From contig JAFGJV010000059.1 of the NCBI GenBank assembly GCA_016928955.1, forward strand, positions 1 to 56,366: DNA of 56,366 nucleotides, written 5' to 3'. The translations under genes were made by a program, and so were the position numbers. The notes under the pieces are model-generated. The model ran no database searches. It was not told the origin of the DNA and was given only the letters and a program-made list of their open reading frames with translations. Shown one piece after another: positions 39,874-49,641 of the stretch. Position 1 is the first letter of the stretch; every line of letters starts with the position of its first letter. This stretch comes from Spirochaetales bacterium (GTDB lineage: Bacteria; Spirochaetota; Spirochaetia; Treponematales; UBA12059).

Positions 39874-40977
39874 ATGAACGCCATCGGAGAGCAGTTCCGT
39901 ACCGCGAGGGAAACCAGAAACCTGAGCCTGGACCAGGTGTCGGCGGACACCAACATAGCCAAACGCTACCTCACGGCCATGGAAAACGAGGATTTCTCCG
40001 TATTCCCCGGCGACCCCTACGTCATAGGCTTTCTCAGAAACTACGCGGACTACCTTGGCCTGGATTCCCAGTCCATGGTCCAGGCGTTCAGGGGCATGCG
40101 CATCCAGGAACAGCCGGTGCCCATAGACGCCCTCCTGTCGCCGCCCAAGACCCCGTGGTGGCCGTTCGCGGCCGGCGGCGGCATCCTGGTCCTGGCGCTC
40201 ATCCTCATACTGGTCTTGCCGGGTCGCGGCAGGAACCCGGATGACGAAGGCGGCGACGCTCCCCGCCAGCCCACCCGCTACGAGCTGTCCCAGCCCACGC
40301 TGGAAAAACGCCTGTACGTGGGCGATAGCGTCCTCGTGAGCTACCTGAACGAACAGCACCTGATCGTCCTCAAGGACATTGGCGACAACGTCGCCATACA
40401 GTCGCCGGTGTCCACCATGCGCTTCATGCTCGGCGAGGAAGGCAGCATAGACCTGGACAGGGACAACGCTCCCGAACTGGTGGCCTTCATAGCCGATTTC
40501 CAGAAGGACGCTCCTGACAAGGGCGCCCTCATACGCTTTACCGCCGCCGCCAGCCTGGGGCTGGGCGCCGAGGATGTAAAGCCGGCCGTTGCCGCGGCCG
40601 AACCCGCTACGGAAACCCAGGCGGCCCCCGAGCGCCCGTCCACCCAGGAATCCGTTGTGTTCTCCGGCAAGCGCAGTCCCCACCCCTTCGTACTCAACGT
40701 GACCTTCCGCAACTACGCCATGTTCCGCCATGAGATCGACCGCAAGGACCGCGTGGAATCCTACTACCACAAGGGCGACCAGATATCGGTAACGGCCACC
40801 AACCAGGCCAAGATATGGTCGTCCAACGCGTCTGCGGCCAAGGTGAACATCCAGGCTTCCGGCGGCCAGAGCATGGACGTGGAGCTGGGCGGCCCGGGCG
40901 AGGTGGTCGTCAAGATCCTGCGCTGGTCCCAGGGCACGGACGGCCTGTGGACCCTTGCCCTGTACGACGTCAATTGA
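39874..40977 (+). CDS. rodZ: RodZ-like HTH-TM protein
   Basis: GEQFRTARE…YLTAMENEDF…GFLRNYADYLGLD, then one TM helix. Lies upstream of rimO. Confidence 0.75.
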   Translation: MNAIGEQFRTARETRNLSLDQVSADTNIAKRYLTAMENEDFSVFPGDPYVIGFLRNYADYLGLDSQSMVQAFRGMRIQEQPVPIDALLSPPKTPWWPFAAGGGILVLALILILVLPGRGRNPDDEGGDAPRQPTRYELSQPTLEKRLYVGDSVLVSYLNEQHLIVLKDIGDNVAIQSPVSTMRFMLGEEGSIDLDRDNAPELVAFIADFQKDAPDKGALIRFTAAASLGLGAEDVKPAVAAAEPATETQAAPERPSTQESVVFSGKRSPHPFVLNVTFRNYAMFRHEIDRKDRVESYYHKGDQISVTATNQAKIWSSNASAAKVNIQASGGQSMDVELGGPGEVVVKILRWSQGTDGLWTLALYDVN

Positions 40978-41003
40978 CGACAGGCGTCGTCCCTTTTCCC
41001 CGG

Positions 41004-42326
41004 ATGAAATCGTTCTATATCGACAACCACGGCTGCGCCAAAAACCAGGTGGACGCCGAGGAGCTGTCCGCCCGCCTGCGCGCCGAAGGCTGGACCGAGG
41101 CCGACTCGTCGTCAGGCGCGGGCCTCATCATCGTCAACACCTGCGGCTTCATAGAGGACGCCAAGAAGGAGTCCCTGGAGGCCGTCCTGGCGTTCAAGTC
41201 CGCCTATCCGGACAAGCGCGTCCTCATGGCCGGTTGCATGGCCCAGCGTTACGCCGATGCCCTGGGCGCGGAGCTGTCCGAGGCGGACGGCGTGTTCGGC
41301 AACGGCGACCTGTCGCAAATAGGGCAGGCCGCCGACGCCGCCCTGGAAGGCAGGCATGAGGTCAGGGCGCCGGACATACTCCCCTACGCCCCCGGACGCC
41401 GGGACCGGCTCATGGGTTTTCCGCGCCAGGCCTACCTCAAGCTTTCGGAGGGCTGTTCCAACAACTGCTCCTACTGCGCCATACCCCTGATACGCGGCGG
41501 CCTGTCCAGCCGCGATCCGGACGATGCCCTGGCGGAGTTCTCCGCCCTGGTGTCCTCCGGCGTGTACGAGGTGTGCCTCATAGGCCAGGACCTGGGCTCA
41601 TATGGCCTGGACCGCGCCGGGCGCCAGCTCCTGCCGGAATTCCTCTCGTCGCTGTCGTCCGTATCCGGCGACTTCCGCGTACGCTTCCTGTATATCCACC
41701 CCGACCGCTTCCCGCGCGGCATCCTGGACGCCTGCGCCAAAGACAGCCGCATAGTCCCCTACTTTGACCTGCCCTTCCAGCACGCGTCCGCCCCCGTCCT
41801 CAAGGCAATGAATCGCCACGGCGGCCCCGAACGTTACCTGGGCCTCCTTTCCGACATACGCTGGGCCCTGCCAGACGCCGTGGTGCGCTCCACCTTCCTG
41901 GTCGGCTTCCCGGGCGAAGGCGACGACGATTTCCGCGCCCTCCGCGATTTCCAGGACCGGGCCCGGCTGGACTGGCTGGGCGCCTTTTCCTACAGCCGGG
42001 AGGAGGACACGGCCGCCTACGCCATGAAGGGCCAGGTGCCCAAACGGGTGGCGGCCCGGCGCAAGCGCGAGATAGAGGAAGCCCAGCTGCCCATCACCGC
42101 CGCGGCGCTTGAACGCTGGGTTGGCCGCGACCAGCGCGTGCTGGTGGAAGAAGTGATAGACGACGAGGACCTGGCCATAGCCCGCGGGCCGGCCAATGCC
42201 CCGGAGGTAGACGGGGCCGTGGTGGTGGTCGGCGGAGAACCCAAGCCAGGCGATGTTGTGGCCGTGCGCGTGAGCGCCGTGCGCGGCGTCGACCTGGAGG
42301 CGGTGCCCCTTGACCGGCAGTCCTGA
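41004..42326 (+). CDS. rimO: Ribosomal protein S12 methylthiotransferase
   Basis: GCAKNQVD, NTCGFI, GCMAQRY, EGCSNNCSYCAIP, APEVDG TRAM domain. Confidence 0.95.
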   Translation: MKSFYIDNHGCAKNQVDAEELSARLRAEGWTEADSSSGAGLIIVNTCGFIEDAKKESLEAVLAFKSAYPDKRVLMAGCMAQRYADALGAELSEADGVFGNGDLSQIGQAADAALEGRHEVRAPDILPYAPGRRDRLMGFPRQAYLKLSEGCSNNCSYCAIPLIRGGLSSRDPDDALAEFSALVSSGVYEVCLIGQDLGSYGLDRAGRQLLPEFLSSLSSVSGDFRVRFLYIHPDRFPRGILDACAKDSRIVPYFDLPFQHASAPVLKAMNRHGGPERYLGLLSDIRWALPDAVVRSTFLVGFPGEGDDDFRALRDFQDRARLDWLGAFSYSREEDTAAYAMKGQVPKRVAARRKREIEEAQLPITAAALERWVGRDQRVLVEEVIDDEDLAIARGPANAPEVDGAVVVVGGEPKPGDVVAVRVSAVRGVDLEAVPLDRQS

Positions 42327-44514
42327 GCGGGCCCTGCCGCCCTATCTGGCCGGCCTCAATCCCGACCAGGTGCGGGCCGTGCTCCACGAAAACGGCAACC
42401 TGCTTATCCTGGCGGGCGCCGGATCCGGCAAGACGCGGGTCATAACCACCAAGATAGCCTGGCTGATACGCGAGCGCGGCGTGGCTCCCGAGTCCATCCT
42501 GGCGGTCACCTTCACCAACAAGGCGGCCGCGGAGATGCGCGAGCGGGCCTGCGCCATCGAGCCGGCCTGCGAGCGCGCCAACCTGCGCACTTTCCACTCG
42601 TTCGGCGCCTGGTTCCTGAGGCGCAACGCGGCGGCGGCCAGCCTGGACCGCGACTTTACCATTTACGACGACGACGATTCGACCACCCTGGTCAAGGCCG
42701 CCTTCCCGGACCTGTCGCGACCCGAGGCGTCCCGCCTGGCGTCGTCCATAGCCCGCGCCAAGGACTACGGCCTGGCCCCAGATGACCCCGGCCTGGACAC
42801 GCAGTTTCGGGGCATGCGCGAGTTCCGCCGCATGTACGCCGAGTACGAGCGCAGGCTCCGGGCCACCGGCAACGTGGACTTTGGCGACCTCATAGCCATG
42901 CCGTCCAGGATCCTGGCCCAGGACGAGGCCATACGAAAGCGCTTCCACCAGCGCGTGCGCGTCATCATGGTGGACGAGTACCAGGATTCCAACGTGGCGC
43001 AGTTCGCCCTGCTCAAGGCCCTGGCCGGCCCGGACAGCTATGTGTGCGTGGTGGGCGACGACGACCAGAGCATATACCGCTTCCGCGGCGCCGAGGTGCG
43101 CAACATCCTGTCCTTCCCAGACGAATTCCCCGGCACGGACATCATACGCCTGGAAACCAACTACCGCTCCTTCCAGAACATCCTGGACGTGGCCGGGGCC
43201 GTGGTGGCCAAAAACGAGGGCCGCCTGGGCAAGACGCTCAGGGCGGAGCGCGGACCCGGCAAAAAGCCCGTCCTGGCCGTGCTTGAGGACCACGAGGAGG
43301 AAGCCGCGTACTGCGTGCGCGTGATAGACGCGCGCCTGCGGGCCGGCGGCTCCTTCTCGGACGTGGCCATACTGTACCGCACCAACGCCCAGTCCCTGAC
43401 CTTTGAGAAAACCCTGCCCAAGGCCGGCATACCGGTGCGCCTGGTGGGAGCCGTGCGCTTCTACGAGCGCGAGGAGGTCAAGGACGCCCTGGCGGTGCTG
43501 GCCCTGGCGTCCAACCCGCGCGACGAAGTAGCCTTCAGGCGCGTGGTGAACAAGCCGGCCAGGGGCGTGGGCGATACCACCGCGGGCGCCGTGGTCGACA
43601 TGGCCTACGCGTCCGGCGGCGACCTGCTGGCGTCCTGCCAAGCGGTCACGCCGAGATCGGCCAAATCCAAAGCCGGACTGGCGTCGTTCGTCGCCTTCAT
43701 GGCCGAACTGTCAAGGCGCCTTGGCCCCGGCTCCGGGAGCGGGAATGCCGCGGATGCCGGGAGCGCCGCCGATTTCTCTATGGCCGACCCCCCGGCAGGC
43801 CCGCAGGATCCCGACCATGCCCTGTCCGTCCTGGTCGAGTGGGCCATACGCGAATCCGGCCTGTACGAATACCACAAGGGCCAGGACGCCATAGCCGGCA
43901 CGCAGAAGGCGTCCAACCTGGACGAGCTGGTGAACGCCGCGTCGGACTATGCGCTGGGCCGGGAAGGCCTGTCCGCCTTTTTGGAAGCCGTGGAACTGGA
44001 CCGCGCCCTGTCAGCGGGTGAGACCAGCTCGGAGGCCGTTACCCTGATTACCATGCACAACACAAAGGGCCTTGAGTTCCCCGTGGTGGTGGCCACGGGC
44101 CTCGAGCAGGGCCTGTTCCCGCGCGACGACGACGAGGGCGAGGACCTTGAGGAACAGCGCCGCCTGTTCTACGTGGCCATGACCCGGGCCAAGGACGAGC
44201 TCCACCTGACCTATTGCAGGCGGCGGCTGTACCGGGGCCGCTTCATTGACAGCCCGCCGTCCAAATTCCTGGCGGAAATTCCCAAGGATCTGTTCACCGT
44301 CTTTGGCGGCCGCATAGACCTGGGCGCCGCCGAGGCCCGGTCCACCTGGAAGCCGGGCACGGCCGTTTTCCACGACGACCACGGCTACGGACGCGTGGTC
44401 AAGGTGGCGCCGGCGGGCAACGCTGGCGTGGTCGTCATGGTCCGCTTCGAGACGGGCCGCACCCTGCAGTTTTTTCCCGAGTACGCACGCAAACTGGAGA
44501 TCATAAAAGAATGA
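42310..44514 (+). CDS. pcrA: UvrD/PcrA family DNA helicase
   Basis: AGAGSGKT, VDEYQD, GDDDQSIY, NYRS, RRLFYVAMTRA, C-terminal Tudor-like domain. Confidence 0.93.
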   Translation: MTGSPERALPPYLAGLNPDQVRAVLHENGNLLILAGAGSGKTRVITTKIAWLIRERGVAPESILAVTFTNKAAAEMRERACAIEPACERANLRTFHSFGAWFLRRNAAAASLDRDFTIYDDDDSTTLVKAAFPDLSRPEASRLASSIARAKDYGLAPDDPGLDTQFRGMREFRRMYAEYERRLRATGNVDFGDLIAMPSRILAQDEAIRKRFHQRVRVIMVDEYQDSNVAQFALLKALAGPDSYVCVVGDDDQSIYRFRGAEVRNILSFPDEFPGTDIIRLETNYRSFQNILDVAGAVVAKNEGRLGKTLRAERGPGKKPVLAVLEDHEEEAAYCVRVIDARLRAGGSFSDVAILYRTNAQSLTFEKTLPKAGIPVRLVGAVRFYEREEVKDALAVLALASNPRDEVAFRRVVNKPARGVGDTTAGAVVDMAYASGGDLLASCQAVTPRSAKSKAGLASFVAFMAELSRRLGPGSGSGNAADAGSAADFSMADPPAGPQDPDHALSVLVEWAIRESGLYEYHKGQDAIAGTQKASNLDELVNAASDYALGREGLSAFLEAVELDRALSAGETSSEAVTLITMHNTKGLEFPVVVATGLEQGLFPRDDDEGEDLEEQRRLFYVAMTRAKDELHLTYCRRRLYRGRFIDSPPSKFLAEIPKDLFTVFGGRIDLGAAEARSTWKPGTAVFHDDHGYGRVVKVAPAGNAGVVVMVRFETGRTLQFFPEYARKLEIIKE

Positions 44515-45290
44515 AACCAGAGACAGATGACCTTCTGCGCCTCCTCTCACCCGTCCGGAGGGTCAGGGGCAACCGCCTGTACACGGCGGACGGCGCTCGC
44601 TACCTGGACCTGTGGCTGGACGGGGGCCGGGCCATCCTGGGCGAGCGCGAGCGGCAGGCAAGGGTTCAGGCGGCCAACGCCGCGGACAAGGGCCTCACGC
44701 GCTGCTACCCGGGCCTCTACGACCGCCGTTTTGCCAAGGCTGTCCTGGCCGCGTGGCCGGGCTTTGCGGCCATCCGCGTGTTCTTGAACGACGAGCGCGC
44801 CTTGGCAGCCCTCGGCCGCCTGGGCGCCAAACCCGAGACGCCCAGAGTCCTCCAGACGCCGTCATCCAGCGCGCGCTTCATCCTGCCCCGCCTGCCCTGC
44901 CCCCGGCCTTTTGCGCCGGCTCCTGTCCTGGCCAGGTCGGAAGCCGATTTCGGGAGCGAGCGCGGCGAACTGGTGCCCCAGCTCATGCTGGCCGCCGGGG
45001 CCAGGGCGCTGGCGTCGTGGGCTGGCGCCGAGCGCGAGGGCTACGGGCCCGGGCTCTGGGCCCGCTTTGACAAAAGGCTGTCCGCGTGGTTCGAGCGGGA
45101 TGGGCCTTGGCTGTGGGCTCGCGGCAGGCCCCGGGGCGCCGAGTACGAGCGCTTCTTCCGGGCATGCATGGCTGGCGGCGCCCTGGTGTCGCCCGATCCC
45201 GACGAGCCGTCAGCCGTACCGCCGGACTTTGACGACGGGGAGCTGGTCAAGCTGGTCCGGGCCCTGGCTTCCGCCGCTCGGGCAGATTGA
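44511..45290 (+). CDS. Hypothetical protein with a truncated PLP-transferase-like N-terminus
   Basis: RRVRGNRLYTADGARYLDL…ILG resembles the class-III aminotransferase N-terminus, but the protein is only 259 aa. Confidence 0.55.
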   Translation: MKPETDDLLRLLSPVRRVRGNRLYTADGARYLDLWLDGGRAILGERERQARVQAANAADKGLTRCYPGLYDRRFAKAVLAAWPGFAAIRVFLNDERALAALGRLGAKPETPRVLQTPSSSARFILPRLPCPRPFAPAPVLARSEADFGSERGELVPQLMLAAGARALASWAGAEREGYGPGLWARFDKRLSAWFERDGPWLWARGRPRGAEYERFFRACMAGGALVSPDPDEPSAVPPDFDDGELVKLVRALASAARAD

Positions 45291-46128
45291 GGGCCAGCAC
45301 ACCGGCCAGGATAAAGGCGCCCCCGGCCAGCTGAACGGCCGACAGCCGCTCTCCCAGGAAAACGGCCGACAAGATTATGGTTACCAGGGGCTCAACCGTG
45401 GACACCAGCGACGCGTCTGACGCGCCTATGGCCTTGATGGCAGCGAACAGGGTCACGATGGGCAGCACCGTGGCGACCAGGGCCAGCCCCAGGAGGCCGA
45501 ACACGGAACCCGGTCCCAAGGGCAGGCGCGTCGATCCGTCTATCAGGGTGACGACCCAATACACCAGCGCGGCCGCCGTCATTACGCAGGTGGTGGCGAA
45601 TACAGGATCCAGGCGGGCTAGCACGCGTTCGCCGGCCACCAGGTATGCCGCGTAACTGGCCGCCACGGCAACGCCGAACACATACCCTATCACCGGATAG
45701 GAACCCCGGGCTCCCAGCGTGAGAACACAGCCGGCCAGGGCAAGGATCAGGGCGGCAAGCTGGCGGCTACGCGGCCGTTCCCTGAATACCAGGGCGGACA
45801 GACCCACCACAAAGGCCGGGTACAGGTACAGAAGCAGGGACGCAAGACCCGGATCCAGATGCCTGACCGTGAGGAAGTACAGACCCGCCTGGGGAGAAAA
45901 GCCCAGGGCTCCAAGAAGCAGGGCCGAGCGGTAGTCGCGCGCGCTCCGTTTCCATCCGCCCCTGGCCAGGAGCCACAGCCACAGGGCGGATGCCGCTATG
46001 GTAAAGCGCCAGGCCAGGGCCTGGGGCACGGAAAAGCCTTCCGCGTACACGAACTTGGCCAGGAGCCCCAGGGTGGCAAAGGATGTTGCCGACACCAGGG
46101 CCAGGCCCACGCCGGCGGCTCTGCTCAT
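45247..46128 (-). CDS. EamA/DMT family transporter
   Basis: Two EamA repeats (RF, LLYLYP, VEPLV…LGE), about 10 TM helices. Confidence 0.9.
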   Translation of the reverse strand: MSRAAGVGLALVSATSFATLGLLAKFVYAEGFSVPQALAWRFTIAASALWLWLLARGGWKRSARDYRSALLLGALGFSPQAGLYFLTVRHLDPGLASLLLYLYPAFVVGLSALVFRERPRSRQLAALILALAGCVLTLGARGSYPVIGYVFGVAVAASYAAYLVAGERVLARLDPVFATTCVMTAAALVYWVVTLIDGSTRLPLGPGSVFGLLGLALVATVLPIVTLFAAIKAIGASDASLVSTVEPLVTIILSAVFLGERLSAVQLAGGAFILAGVLALNLPERRKPGPGPA

Positions 46129-47630
46129 TTGTCGGTGTCAAACGCCGTGGCGCCAAGCTCGTAGTCGTCGGGACGCAGGCCCGCGCGCACGGACGCCACG
46201 TCGGCCGTCTTGCGCTCGAGTTCGGAAAGGCGCCAGCTGCGGCCGTCCGGGCCCGGATCGCCGCCCTCATACGCCGCAAGGCGCTCAAGCTCGCGGACCG
46301 CGGCCCGGCTATCGGCGGGCCTGGCGGACTCGGGCAGGGAACGCGGATCGGGCGCGGCCACCGAGCCAGGCCGGTCCAAAGCCTGGGCGTAGAGCACGCG
46401 CCTCAGGTTGGCCAGCTTGACGCGCTCGTTTTGGGCCTTGAGGCGGGCGGCGCGCACGGCCGGCACCAGCCAGAACAGGACGGAAAACACGATGGGCACT
46501 ATCCCAAGGCCAACCAGTATGACGTTCACCGCGCCCGGCCCCAAGCCCAGGAATTCATAGAACAGCTTGAGCGTGTACGCGTACAGGGCAGTGCCGCCCT
46601 TGATGACCAGCTTGCCGGCGGGCAGTCCCACGGTCAGGGCGCTGAACAGATAGTACGAGCCAAACAGCAGGTTGACCCCGTTGATGCCCGCGTACCAGGT
46701 GTTGGACGTGCCTGGATTTGCGGAGAAGGGACGCAGGGGAGCCAGCGGGGCGTCGGCCGCTCCGTACCCATCTTCCTGGGCCCTGCGCACAAGGCCGGGG
46801 AAGCGGTAGTACACGGTACCCTGGGGGCTGACCTCGGGACTGCCCTCGAACTCGTACAGGTAGCGGCTGATCTCGGTTTCTGCCTTTTGTGGCGGGAGCC
46901 CCGTGATGGCCATGAAGTCCTCAAGGAGGAGGATGCCGCCGCGCCTGGCCGCCAGGGCGGCCAAAGCCTTGCGCTCCACGGTTCCCTGGTTGGCGCCCGG
47001 ATCAGGCTCGCCGAACACAAAGGAGAAAATAGCCTTGTGGAGGGGCCTCCGCGGCGGCTTGGACTGGGCCCTGGCAGAGCGGTACGCTCCCTCCATGGCG
47101 CGCTGGCCGGGAGTCTTGAACATTTCGTTGTAGAACCAGATGCGGACAAAGAGCTCGATCAGGCGGCCTGCCATGAAACCGCCCCCGGACGATCGCCCGC
47201 GCGAGCGGTTGTCCTTGCCCTGGCCGGCCATAGACGCTACCACGGCCAGCACGGCCAGCAGGATGAAGAGGACAAAATAGCCCACCAGCATGACCATGAT
47301 CCACGCCTTGAACAGGAAGGTGGCCACGGATGCCGCCGTTTTCTTGAAAGCCTTCCAGGAGCGCCTGAGCGATGGCCCGAGGCCCCGGTAGCGGCTGACG
47401 AAGCCGCGCGGAAAGGAATACAGGATCTCACCAGAATCGGTCACTTCCAGGCGGCCTGCATACTCGTCGCTGACCGCGGGGAGCTCGGTCTCAACCTGGT
47501 AGCGGGGAAGGCCCGTGCGGGCGACGAGGTCGGCCACGGTGGCCCGCCCCCTGGTCCTCTTGAGCGCCTTGGTCAGCGTGTCCTGCACCCGGTCGCGTTT
47601 GTAGTCGTATACCTTCTTGACTTCGGCCAT
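46125..47630 (-). CDS. Conserved hypothetical membrane protein with repeated winged-helix-like modules
   Basis: TVADLVARTGL…LEVTDSGEILYSF and EDFMAITGL…EVSPQGTVYYRF, separated by TM segments. Confidence 0.7.
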   Translation of the reverse strand: MAEVKKVYDYKRDRVQDTLTKALKRTRGRATVADLVARTGLPRYQVETELPAVSDEYAGRLEVTDSGEILYSFPRGFVSRYRGLGPSLRRSWKAFKKTAASVATFLFKAWIMVMLVGYFVLFILLAVLAVVASMAGQGKDNRSRGRSSGGGFMAGRLIELFVRIWFYNEMFKTPGQRAMEGAYRSARAQSKPPRRPLHKAIFSFVFGEPDPGANQGTVERKALAALAARRGGILLLEDFMAITGLPPQKAETEISRYLYEFEGSPEVSPQGTVYYRFPGLVRRAQEDGYGAADAPLAPLRPFSANPGTSNTWYAGINGVNLLFGSYYLFSALTVGLPAGKLVIKGGTALYAYTLKLFYEFLGLGPGAVNVILVGLGIVPIVFSVLFWLVPAVRAARLKAQNERVKLANLRRVLYAQALDRPGSVAAPDPRSLPESARPADSRAAVRELERLAAYEGGDPGPDGRSWRLSELERKTADVASVRAGLRPDDYELGATAFDTDK

Positions 47631-47676
47631 TGTCCGTCCTTCCGCGCCCCCCGTTTGGGGCGACGCCAGTCCGCCT

Positions 47677-49146
47677 TCAGCGCCTGATCGCTGCCAGAGC
47701 GTCGGAATACAGCCGCTCGTACTCCCTGGCCGAGCGGTCCCAGGAAAATTCCTGGGCCATGGCGCGCCGTATCATGCCGCGCACATGCTCCCTTTTATTA
47801 TAATAAGCCCAGACGGCCCAGCCAACAGTATCGTATATGGAACGGGGCGACAAATGGTCGAACATGAAGCCTGTGCCGGAGCCGGAATCCTGGTCGTAGT
47901 TGGACACCGTGTCCGCAAGGCCTCCCGTGCGATGGACGATGGGCAGGGTGCCGTAACGCAGGGAGTACATCTGGTTGAGGCCGCAGGGCTCGTAACGGCT
48001 GGGCATCAGGAAGAAATCGGAGCCGGCCTCCACCAGGTGGGCCAGGTCCTCCGAGTAGCCGATGCGCGCGCGGAAATTGGGCAAGCGGCCTGACAGGGTA
48101 CGCAGTTCGGCCTCGCACCACGCGTCGCCCGAGCCAAGGACGACGAACTGGATATCCATGTCGCGGCATATGGGCACCGCTGAGCCGTGCGCTGGCCCGA
48201 AGAGCTCGCCAACGCCCTTTTGGTCGGCCAGGCGCGTGACCATGCCTATCAGCGGCACGTCCGGGCGCTCCTCAAGCCCAAAGGCCTTCTGCAGGGCGGT
48301 CTTGCACTGTGCCTTTCCAGACAGGTCCGCGGCGCTGTATCGCGCCGGCAAACGCTTGTCCGTGGCCGGATTCCATTCGTCCGTATCCACGCCGTTCAGT
48401 ATGCCCACCAGGTCGGCGCTCCGGTGCCTGAGGAGCCCGTCCAGCCCCTGGCCAAGCTCGGGCGTCTGGATTTCCCGCGCGTAGCTGGGCGACACGGTGG
48501 ACAGACGGTCGGCGCTGGCCAGGCCGGTTTTAAGCAGGTTGAGGGCTCCGTGGTATTCCAGGCCGGCCCCGTGGTACAGCTCCCAGGGCAGGCCAAAATA
48601 CGGGAAATTTTCCTTTGCGTACACGCCCTGGTAGCCCAGGTTGTGGATGGTGAACACGGTGGCCGAGCGCGAGAACTCGGTGCCGGCCTCCGCGAAGCGC
48701 CTGTAGACGGGTACCAGCCCGGTCGGCCAGTCGTGGGCGTGGAACACGTCCGGAACCCAGCCAAGCTTGCGGCAGAGCTGGAAGGCCGCGCGGGAAAAGA
48801 ACGAAAAGCGGCGGGGATTGTCCGAGTAGTCGCTTTCCGAACGGGAGCCGTACAGGCCTTCCCGGCCGAAATACGCCTCGTGCTCGATGAAGTACACGGG
48901 CACGTCCAGCCCGGGTAGGATGCCGCGGTACACCCCGGACCACTGCTCACCGGAACCCATGGGAACGCCCAGGGGACCCGGCAGAGCCTCAAGGCCGCTT
49001 TTGTCCACGGAGTAGTAGCGTGGGAGCACCACGCGCACGTCGTGACCGAGCCGCTTGAGGGCGCCGGCAAGGGCGCTCACGGCGTCAGCCAGCCCCCCGG
49101 ATTTGGCAAAGGGCGCTGCCTCGCTGGTAACCATCAGGATGTTCAC
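47677..49146 (-). CDS. glgA: Glycogen synthase
   Basis: KSGGL, HAHDW, TIHNLGYQG, RLADQKG, MPSRYEPCGLNQ. Confidence 0.97.
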   Translation of the reverse strand: MNILMVTSEAAPFAKSGGLADAVSALAGALKRLGHDVRVVLPRYYSVDKSGLEALPGPLGVPMGSGEQWSGVYRGILPGLDVPVYFIEHEAYFGREGLYGSRSESDYSDNPRRFSFFSRAAFQLCRKLGWVPDVFHAHDWPTGLVPVYRRFAEAGTEFSRSATVFTIHNLGYQGVYAKENFPYFGLPWELYHGAGLEYHGALNLLKTGLASADRLSTVSPSYAREIQTPELGQGLDGLLRHRSADLVGILNGVDTDEWNPATDKRLPARYSAADLSGKAQCKTALQKAFGLEERPDVPLIGMVTRLADQKGVGELFGPAHGSAVPICRDMDIQFVVLGSGDAWCEAELRTLSGRLPNFRARIGYSEDLAHLVEAGSDFFLMPSRYEPCGLNQMYSLRYGTLPIVHRTGGLADTVSNYDQDSGSGTGFMFDHLSPRSIYDTVGWAVWAYYNKREHVRGMIRRAMAQEFSWDRSAREYERLYSDALAAIRR

Positions 49147-49251
49147 GGCTTGCTCCTGCGCCTTGGATGATGCGGGCGTGCGTGGGCCCGGACGGGCAGT
49201 ATAGCACAGAGGCGGCCCCGCGGCGTAGCGGCTATGCGGCCGCCGATGCCC

Positions 49252-49641
49252 TCAGGCTCCGCCCGCCTTGGCCGCGCAGTCGGCGCAGTCCCCGGTCAGG
49301 TAGAGGGCGTGGCCCTTGACCCTGATGCCGTATTCCTTTTCGTAGCCGGCCAGGATGCTGTCCAGCACGCAGCTCCCAAGATCCACAAAGCGGTGGCAGG
49401 TCCTGCAGTGGAACCAGTGCCGGTGAGCGGCCGCCGCCTTGACGTAGTAGCGCTCGGTGCCGTGCTCGTCGCAATGGAACACAAAGGACTCGGCAAGACC
49501 CGCGCCTTCCAGGTAGGCCAAAGCCCTGTACACGGTGGCCTGGTCGCAGGATTGGCCTATGGCTTCCATGACCCCAGCGGCCGACAGGGGTTCGGCCGCG
49601 TTGTCAAGGGCAGCCAGTACCCGGCTCCGAGCCTTGGTCAC
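49252..49641 (-). CDS. Fur-family regulator (probable Zur)
   Basis: ATVYRAL, HRHWFHCRTC, CADC. Last gene of the Zn ABC operon. Confidence 0.85.
   Translation of the reverse strand: MTKARSRVLAALDNAAEPLSAAGVMEAIGQSCDQATVYRALAYLEGAGLAESFVFHCDEHGTERYYVKAAAAHRHWFHCRTCHRFVDLGSCVLDSILAGYEKEYGIRVKGHALYLTGDCADCAAKAGGA

Noticed and set aside
43720..43815. Low-complexity insertion in pcrA
   Set aside because: It is a short in-frame loop with no intein or mobile-element motifs.
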